64,000 bases of DNA from Flavobacterium sp. (GTDB lineage: Bacteria > Bacteroidota > Bacteroidia > Flavobacteriales > Flavobacteriaceae), in NCBI GenBank assembly GCA_010365135.1, contig JAAFGY010000001.1:11419-75418 (forward strand), in the 5' to 3' direction. Both the position numbers and the translations under genes were made by a program. The number at the start of each line of letters is the position of its first letter. Positions within the stretch are counted from its first letter, which is position 1. This document shows positions 57,492 to 64,000 of this stretch, piece after piece. The notes under the pieces were generated by a model. The model made no database searches and was not told the DNA's origin. It saw nothing but the letters and a program-made list of their open reading frames with translations.

Positions 57492-58799
57492 TTACATATT
57501 AGACAACCAACTTGCTGGATTGTTATACGTTGTGTTTTGCGAAATTGTAAACTTAATTACCGTTTTACCAGTATCACCATTGGTCCTAATTTTTCCAATG
57601 TTTTGTTTCGTAGATACTTTGTCTCCTTTACTTACATTTACTGAACTTAAGTTTTGATACACTGTAAAATAATCTCCGTGTTGAATCATTACCGCTTTAT
57701 TTACGGGTGATAAAACCATAACACTGATTACTTCACCACCAAATACAGCTCTTGCATTTGCGCCTTGATCAGTGGTGATATCTATACCGCTATTGTGAAC
57801 CATTAATGAACTAATAACGGGATGTGGGTGATCTCCATAAGCTGAAGTCACGACTCCCCTTTCGACTGGCCAAGGCAGTCTTCCTCGGTTGGATTTGAAA
57901 TTATCTGACAACATTTTTGCTTCTGGAGTTAATTCAATCCTAGATGAGGATACTGCAGAAGCGGAAGAAACAATAGCTTTAGCACGAGTTTTTATTTCTT
58001 CTTTTGTGTCTCCTATTTTTGCTTCGTTTCTAGCTTTTTCCATCGCTTTTTCTAAAGCTGCTTTTCTGTTGGCTTCGGCAATGGCTTCACGAATCAATCG
58101 GTTTATTTGTTTATCGATAGTTTTTGATTCCTGCTGTCTTTTCTTTATTTCCCTTGCAATTTTATTCTTGTCTTTTTTAATAGAATTGACTAATTTTTCT
58201 TGTTCTAGTTTTGCTTTTAAAAGTGATAATCGTTCTTTTTCGTTTTCGGCAATCAGTTTTTGTTTGGCTGTTTTTTGAACATTTAACTTACCGTTATAAA
58301 CAATGAGCTCGTCTGATTTTGATTTAATTTCATCGCCTTGCATTTTTCTGTAATTCGTGTATTGCTTCATATACTGTGCCCTTTTATAAGCTTGCAAGAA
58401 ACTATTAGACGACAAGATAAACATTGCGCGACTTTGCTCAGAACGACTTTTATATGATTTTAAAATCATCTTGGCATAATCCTCTTTGAGGAGAACAAGT
58501 TCGCGATTTAATTTGTTGATTTTTACCTGATTAATATACATGTCATTTCCGAGCAACTTGGATTGCTTTTCGGTTGTATTGATCAGTTTTTCTTTCAGTT
58601 TTATTTTATTGCCCTGAATAATAATCACATTCACTGCAGATTTTTCTTTTTTCTTTACCGTCTGCAACAACCTTTCGTTATCTCTAATTTCTTGTTGTAT
58701 TTGGGCTTTTCGTTGTTCTAATTTTTCTTGTTGCGATTCTTGACTCCACATAGTTGCAGTCAGGCATATTAAAATCAGGCTTAGGAGAAATTTTGGCAT
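57492..58799 (-). CDS. envC: EnvC-family murein hydrolase activator (coiled coil plus degenerate M23 domain)
   Basis: Long coiled coil; LPWPV...HNSGIDI...HGDYFTVYQNL, where the zinc His residues are replaced. Confidence 0.88.
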   Translation of the reverse strand: MPKFLLSLILICLTATMWSQESQQEKLEQRKAQIQQEIRDNERLLQTVKKKEKSAVNVIIIQGNKIKLKEKLINTTEKQSKLLGNDMYINQVKINKLNRELVLLKEDYAKMILKSYKSRSEQSRAMFILSSNSFLQAYKRAQYMKQYTNYRKMQGDEIKSKSDELIVYNGKLNVQKTAKQKLIAENEKERLSLLKAKLEQEKLVNSIKKDKNKIAREIKKRQQESKTIDKQINRLIREAIAEANRKAALEKAMEKARNEAKIGDTKEEIKTRAKAIVSSASAVSSSRIELTPEAKMLSDNFKSNRGRLPWPVERGVVTSAYGDHPHPVISSLMVHNSGIDITTDQGANARAVFGGEVISVMVLSPVNKAVMIQHGDYFTVYQNLSSVNVSKGDKVSTKQNIGKIRTNGDTGKTVIKFTISQNTTYNNPASWLSNM

Positions 58800-58821
58800 A
58801 GTAAAATAAGTTTGTGCAAAT

Positions 58822-59619
58822 TTACTTAATTATAATTCTTTTATAACCATCTGGAACGCTATAAGGAAAAGAAAGTTCTTCATTAAAGGTTACGGTGTTG
58901 TAATCTAAATTGATTTGGGCTTTGCCTTTCTTTTGATAGCTGTCAATATTCACTGTCAATGGCAAAGTCATTTCATTAAATTCTTTTTTGTTGGAATAAA
59001 CAACTTGAATCATTCGGCCTTCGTTAGTTTGTGTAATTTCCTGTTTGTTTATCAAAAATTTATCAGCATCAAAATAGAACGACTTTTTGGTGTTATTGTC
59101 TGATGTATCGTCCAATCTATAGCCTTGATCCGTCAATGATTCGGCGTAATTTCCCTTTTTCAAATCATCAATTGCTCTTCCCAACAACAAGTTTTGAACC
59201 TTATTGAAATCCAAATCGGTGCCCAACAATTGACTTAAGGCGCTGAAATCACCTTCATAATAACTGCCATTCACTTTTTCGTAATAGCTCACCGTTGTTG
59301 GTGTAATCGATGCTTTAGCCATTGTAATTCCCAAAAATCGAATGCTTATCAAAATTTGTTCGTTTTTCTTGATTTTAATTTCGGCCGTAACATTCTGATT
59401 TTGCTTCTCAGTTGCATAATGGGCGTTCGCTTTTATATATAATGTCGAAAATTCGTTTTTATTGTTGTAGTAGTTTTCTATTATTTTATTGGCACTAAAG
59501 CGGCGGTCGTTTTTGGTCGCGTTGACTGCCACTGCTTTCGATTTACACGATACAAATGCCAATGAACTGCCGAAGCAAACCACTAAAATAACTAATATTC
59601 TTAGCAAAAATTTATTCAT
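58822..59619 (-). CDS. DUF4292-family lipoprotein
   Basis: Lipobox FVSC; RFLGITMAKA, LLGTDLDFNKVQNLLLG, FPYSVPDGY motifs. Confidence 0.82.
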   Translation of the reverse strand: MNKFLLRILVILVVCFGSSLAFVSCKSKAVAVNATKNDRRFSANKIIENYYNNKNEFSTLYIKANAHYATEKQNQNVTAEIKIKKNEQILISIRFLGITMAKASITPTTVSYYEKVNGSYYEGDFSALSQLLGTDLDFNKVQNLLLGRAIDDLKKGNYAESLTDQGYRLDDTSDNNTKKSFYFDADKFLINKQEITQTNEGRMIQVVYSNKKEFNEMTLPLTVNIDSYQKKGKAQINLDYNTVTFNEELSFPYSVPDGYKRIIIK

Positions 59620-59627
59620 TTGAATTC

Positions 59628-60977
59628 TTATTTTTTATTTTTTAATACTTGATTGGCCTTTGAAAAATACTGTTCTTTTTTCTTAAAATCGCCCAATCCA
59701 TTGTAAGCTTCACCTAATTGAATGTTGAAATTAAATTCCAAAAGCACATCGTTAACCACATAATCCATTCCCATTTCTAGCATTTCCGCGGCTTTTTTGA
59801 ATTGCTTCAATTGATTGTTTGCCAAACCTGAAAAGTAATAAAACTGCGGTTGACTTGGGTAAATTTCGACCAAAGCGGTTGCTTTTTTAGCCACTATCTC
59901 AAATTGTTTCGTTTCAACATACGATTGAACCAGCAGCAAATTCGTTTCAATATCTTCGCCCGAATTGTTTTTTAAAGCCAATTCATAATAGGAAATCGCT
60001 TTGTCCCACTGCTTTTTATTGTGATAATATTTTCCAATTTCTTTGGCAACATTTACATCTGGATCTTTGTCAAAATACGAAATTGCTTTCTCCAAATCTG
60101 GTGCAAACTGCGAATTTGTATTGACAAAAATCAAAAACTCATTCAACACCCGGTGTTTTATTTTGGAATCTATTTTGGAACTTGCCAAAACCACGTTCAT
60201 CGAATTTATAGCTTTTTGTCCTTGTTTGTTGTCCAAATAATACTTAAACAAACCCACTTGTGCCCATTCTGAACTTGGAATTTCTGCTTCCAATTTCTTT
60301 GTTATTTCGACTGCTTTTTGAGTTTCATTGTTCTCCGAATACAACTTAATTAAGGCAACATAATTCGATTCCACTTTGGGATTTTTACCAATTTGCTCGA
60401 TTAAATTATCAATTTCGGCATTTTGATATTTCCCTTGAGACAAAATCTGCATTTTATAAGACTCTCTCCTATCTGATTTTCCAACTTTGTCGTTCAACTC
60501 ATTGATAAGAACGAGCGCTTTGTCAAATTGTTGCGTGTTCATATACAACGAAACCAAATCTTCCTTATACACGTCGTCAATCTCAATCAATTTATTGACA
60601 GTAATTATGGATTGATTGTAATTCTTGGTTTGATAACTTACATCATACATTCCCAACAAAAACCACTTGTTTTTTGGGTCAATTTGCGCGGCTTTTTCAA
60701 AAGAATTATAGGCGTGTTCATACTCTTTTGTTGCCAAATAATTCTTCCCTAATTCCGAATAAACCGTAGCATTATTAGGTTTCAATTTAGAGCATTCTTC
60801 CAATGCTGTAATGGCTTTGTCATAATTTTCGATCCCTTTTTGTTTCAAGGATTCATAAAAATAATCCTGAAATTTATCCGCATCCGGCACAATTGATTCT
60901 GGTTCGGTTTGCGCCAAAAGCACCGCTGAATTGCAAAGCAAAACCAAGAATAAAAAGAAGGAAACCTTTTTTTTCAT
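59628..60977 (-). CDS. Exported tetratricopeptide-repeat protein
   Basis: Signal peptide MKKK...LLAQ; multiple TPR helices. Confidence 0.88.
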   Translation of the reverse strand: MKKKVSFFLFLVLLCNSAVLLAQTEPESIVPDADKFQDYFYESLKQKGIENYDKAITALEECSKLKPNNATVYSELGKNYLATKEYEHAYNSFEKAAQIDPKNKWFLLGMYDVSYQTKNYNQSIITVNKLIEIDDVYKEDLVSLYMNTQQFDKALVLINELNDKVGKSDRRESYKMQILSQGKYQNAEIDNLIEQIGKNPKVESNYVALIKLYSENNETQKAVEITKKLEAEIPSSEWAQVGLFKYYLDNKQGQKAINSMNVVLASSKIDSKIKHRVLNEFLIFVNTNSQFAPDLEKAISYFDKDPDVNVAKEIGKYYHNKKQWDKAISYYELALKNNSGEDIETNLLLVQSYVETKQFEIVAKKATALVEIYPSQPQFYYFSGLANNQLKQFKKAAEMLEMGMDYVVNDVLLEFNFNIQLGEAYNGLGDFKKKEQYFSKANQVLKNKK

Positions 60978-61002
60978 TGACATAAATTTCGATTGATTAC
61001 CT

Positions 61003-61035
61003 AGATTTGACAACTTTTAAAAAGTTGTCAAATCT
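61003..61035. repeat. 33-bp perfect palindrome
   Basis: AGATTTGACAACTTTT-A-AAAAGTTGTCAAATCT. Confidence 0.8.
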
Positions 61036-61067
61036 TTTTGTTTCCAGCTGAAGCTACACATTACTAA

Positions 61068-62078
61068 TTACTCCAAAACAGAATAATCGCCAATACTTAT
61101 ACTTGTAAAATCACCATCAAAACTAGCGTGACTTCCTATCATTGCGTTGTCTAAATTGGCATTTTTTATATGGGAATGCAACTGCACCAAACTGTTTTTT
61201 ATGGAGCTATTGCTCACGTGACAACCACTTCCTAAAGACACATTAGGTCCAACAGTGGCGTTAATTAAAACCACATCTTTGCCAATGTAACAAGGCGGAA
61301 TAATAGTTGAATTCTCTAATTTTACATCATAATCTACCAAATGTTCGCCGTCATTGTGCAAGAAACCTAACATTCTGGAATTCGTTTCCACGGTAACATC
61401 TTTGTTGCCGCAATCCATCCACTCGGCGACTTCTCCGGGTACAAAAACCATACCTTTTGCCATCATTTGCTTGATTCCGTCATTAATTTGGTATTCGCCA
61501 CCGTTTACAATATTATTGTCCAAGACAAATTGCAATTCGTTTTTGAGAACAGCAACATCTTTGAAATAGTAAATACCGATAACGGCAAGGTCTGAAACAA
61601 ATTCCTTAGGTTTTTCGACCAATTCAATAATTTGATTCGCTTCATTTAAATTTACCACACCAAAAGCCTCTGGTTGATCTACTTTTTTTACCCAAATCAC
61701 ACTATCGGCATTTTGATCCAAATCGAAATCCGCACGAATAAGGGTATCAGCATACGCAATTACGGCGGGTCCACTCAAAGAATCTTTGGCACACATAATG
61801 GCGTGACCCGTTCCCAATGCTTCGTTTTGATAATAAATCGTTCCTTTTGAACCCAATTTTTCGGCAATGGCGATTAAGTCTTCTTCTACTTTTTTACCAA
61901 AACTTTCGTGAATGATAAAGGCAATTTCTTCGATATCTTGGTTCAAAACTCCAGCAATATCTTCGACTAACCGGTGAACGATTGGTTTTCCAGCAATTGG
62001 AATTAAGGGTTTCGGAATCGTTAACGTGTGAGGTCTTAATCTGGAACCACGTCCAGCCATTGGTACTATTATTTTCAT
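61068..62078 (-). CDS. Sugar-phosphate nucleotidyltransferase (GT-A NTP-transferase with left-handed beta-helix tail)
   Basis: PMAGRGSRLRP, PKPL, VEKP, WMDCG motifs; C-terminal hexapeptide repeats. Confidence 0.88.
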   Translation of the reverse strand: MKIIVPMAGRGSRLRPHTLTIPKPLIPIAGKPIVHRLVEDIAGVLNQDIEEIAFIIHESFGKKVEEDLIAIAEKLGSKGTIYYQNEALGTGHAIMCAKDSLSGPAVIAYADTLIRADFDLDQNADSVIWVKKVDQPEAFGVVNLNEANQIIELVEKPKEFVSDLAVIGIYYFKDVAVLKNELQFVLDNNIVNGGEYQINDGIKQMMAKGMVFVPGEVAEWMDCGNKDVTVETNSRMLGFLHNDGEHLVDYDVKLENSTIIPPCYIGKDVVLINATVGPNVSLGSGCHVSNSSIKNSLVQLHSHIKNANLDNAMIGSHASFDGDFTSISIGDYSVLE

Positions 62079-62084
62079 TTTTTT

Positions 62085-62162
62085 ATTGAAAGATTAAATG
62101 ATTGAAAGATTTAAAAATTCCTCTTGATTCTTTAAATTTTTCAATCTTTAAATTATTAAATT
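62085..62162. repeat. Octamer-periodic inverted array between dut and the nucleotidyltransferase gene
   Basis: ATTGAAAG ATTAAATG ATTGAAAG ATTTAAAA ... CTTTAAAT TTTTCAAT CTTTAAAT; 22/23 identity with 34035-34057. Confidence 0.78.
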
Positions 62163-62597
62163 TTATTTCACTCCCGTACTTCCAAAACCGCCTTCTCCAC
62201 GAGATGTTTCGGATAATTCCTGAACTTCAATCCATTCGGCTCTTTCATGTTTGGCGATGATGAGTTGGGCTATGCGTTCGCCATTTTCTATAACGAAAAC
62301 TTCATTGGATAAATTTACTAAAATCACTCCAATTTCTCCACGATAATCAGCATCGACAGTTCCGGGCGAATTGAGAACTGTAATTCCTTTTTTGGCTGCC
62401 AAGCCGCTTCTCGGGCGAACTTGGGCTTCGGAACCTATTGGTAATTCTATGAAAAGCCCTGTTTTTACAATGGCTCTTTCTAATGGTTTCAATGTTATTG
62501 ATTCCGTAAGATTGGCACGCAAATCCATTCCTGCCGAAGCGATGGTTTCATAGTTGGGTAAGTCGTGTTGCGATTTGTTGATGATGTTAATTTTCAT
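62163..62597 (-). CDS. dut: dUTP diphosphatase
   Basis: [39 protein letters not shown] motifs. Confidence 0.98.
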   Translation of the reverse strand: MKINIINKSQHDLPNYETIASAGMDLRANLTESITLKPLERAIVKTGLFIELPIGSEAQVRPRSGLAAKKGITVLNSPGTVDADYRGEIGVILVNLSNEVFVIENGERIAQLIIAKHERAEWIEVQELSETSRGEGGFGSTGVK

Positions 62598-62613
62598 TTT
62601 TTTATGTTTATTC

Positions 62614-62662
62614 GTAGGGACAGGTCGCGACCTGTCCGTTCTTATTGTCCGTTCTTATTGTC
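62614..62662 (+). repeat. GTAG-type REP followed by a 13-bp tandem duplication
   Basis: GTAG, then perfect palindrome GGACAGGTCGCGACCTGTCC; TGTCCGTTCTTAT twice, then TGTC. Confidence 0.75.
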
Positions 62663-62666
62663 AGTA

Positions 62667-64000
62667 TTATTTTGTTTGTTTAAGGATGCCCAATATCGTT
62701 TCTTTCTCGTTGTAATAAACAAAATACATAAACCCAATTAATAACGGAATTCCAACGAAATAATTTTCTCTAAAACCGTAGAAAGAAATGCCTGAAAAAA
62801 GGATAGATAATCCCAAATACCCGCCTATTTTCTCCATATCGTACGGAATTGGGTAATATTTATTTCCGAGTATATAGGAAATAATCATCATACTTCCGTA
62901 AGCTGCAATAGTCGCGATTGCCGAGCCATAATAACTGTATTTTGGAATTAAAACATAGTTTAGAACCAACGTTAATACTGCTCCCACAATAGAAATATAA
63001 GCCCCAATTTTCGTTTTATCGGTGAGTTTATACCAAACCGAAAGATTGTTATAAATCCCCAGAAAAAAGTTAGCCAAAATAATTAACGGCACCACTTTCA
63101 TCGCTTCCCAATACGATTTATTGTCGAGCAATAAGAACTTTAAAACATCCGCAAAAACAATAACGCTAAGAAGAATTAAAGAGCCCATAATCACAAAATA
63201 TTTAGTGATGACAGCATAAGTCTTTGGCGCATTTTCATTTCCCGAATGACTAAAAAAGAAAGGTTCTATTCCCAAACGGAATGCTGTGGCAAACAAAACC
63301 ATAAACAATCCGAGTTTGTAACAGGCAGAATAGGCTCCAACTTCGGATTTTGCAATATGTTCTGGCAGCAGATAGCCCAATAATATTTTATCGAAATGTT
63401 CATTGACCGCAAAAGCGATTCCTGCCACAAGTATTGGCAAACCGTATTTCATCATTTTTTTCCAAAGTACCTTGTCGAATTTTCGGTTTAAATAGAAATA
63501 ATTTGGCGAAAGCACGACCAAAGTCAATAAACTGGCTAATAAATTGGCAACGAAAATATACCCTATTTCAAAGTGGTCGATGTATAAATTATCAATGAAG
63601 GAATTGGGATTTGAAGCGGCTAATTTTGGCAAAAACAGTAAAAAGAAAATGTTGAGAATCAAGTTGACCATCACGTTTCCAATCTTAATAGCGGCGTACA
63701 TTGTGGGTCTTTGATTCGCACGCAGTTTCGAAAACGGCACGATTACCAATGCATCCAATGCTAAAATCCAAATAGAATAGGTGATGTATTGCACATCGAC
63801 ATTGGCCAAAGCAGCTAAAGAATTCCTGAAAATCAAGGCTCCAAAAAGAAAGAAAATCGAAGACCAAAATATGGAAATTGTGGAAGTTGCGATTACATTT
63901 TGCTTGTCTTTTTCGGAATTATAAAAACGGAAAAAAGCGGTTTCCATTCCGTAAGACAAAATCACATTGAAAAAAACCATCCAAGATAATAGGATGGACA
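62667..64000 (-). CDS. Polysaccharide-biosynthesis flippase (Wzx/MOP family), 5' end outside the window
   Basis: Frame is open to the edge (SILLSWMVFFNVILSYGMETAFFRF); multiple TM segments; EVGAYSACYKL, FRLGIEPFFF. Confidence 0.88.
   Translation of the reverse strand, partial: SILLSWMVFFNVILSYGMETAFFRFYNSEKDKQNVIATSTISIFWSSIFFLFGALIFRNSLAALANVDVQYITYSIWILALDALVIVPFSKLRANQRPTMYAAIKIGNVMVNLILNIFFLLFLPKLAASNPNSFIDNLYIDHFEIGYIFVANLLASLLTLVVLSPNYFYLNRKFDKVLWKKMMKYGLPILVAGIAFAVNEHFDKILLGYLLPEHIAKSEVGAYSACYKLGLFMVLFATAFRLGIEPFFFSHSGNENAPKTYAVITKYFVIMGSLILLSVIVFADVLKFLLLDNKSYWEAMKVVPLIILANFFLGIYNNLSVWYKLTDKTKIGAYISIVGAVLTLVLNYVLIPKYSYYGSAIATIAAYGSMMIISYILGNKYYPIPYDMEKIGGYLGLSILFSGISFYGFRENYFVGIPLLIGFMYFVYYNEKETILGILKQTK

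Noticed and set aside
932-63867. Numerous 60-140-aa alternative-frame and antisense ORFs in the track (e.g. 932-1276, 6486-6773, 20614-21102, 28210-28716, 36742-37191, 42506-42934, 57889-58278)
   Set aside because: They lie inside well-supported genes, show no family motifs and are expected shadows.

Overview
AT-rich Flavobacteriaceae (most likely Flavobacterium) chromosomal window, judged from TAnnTTTG promoters, a T9SS C-terminal domain and the gene families present. It is mostly core genome: partial moxR, oxidoreductases, corA, mfd, a peptidase cluster, a long interrupted suf Fe-S cluster, hflX, rseP, tRNA-Asn and tRNA-Arg, and the flippase-dut-nucleotidyltransferase-TPR-DUF4292-envC block. 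I found no CRISPR array, rRNA, integrase or transposase. The best candidates for new biology are: (1) a PUL-like locus apparently built for extracellular DNA/RNA (secreted OB-fold protein, EEP nuclease, non-SusC TonB receptor, DUF5689 lipoprotein, T9SS endonuclease I); (2) a 12-codon uORF with competing hairpins that can hide the corA start codon; (3) a family of intergenic inverted arrays with 7-, 8- or 9-nt periodicity, one enclosing a frameshifted four-helix-bundle gene and another an empty sibling sharing 27 identical bp; (4) a 4-kb islet bounded by a 21-bp duplication of the tRNA-Arg 3' end, carrying a possible PQQ-scavenging module; (5) a shared palindromic operator after both suf promoters. 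Family names come from motif recognition and memory, not database searches.
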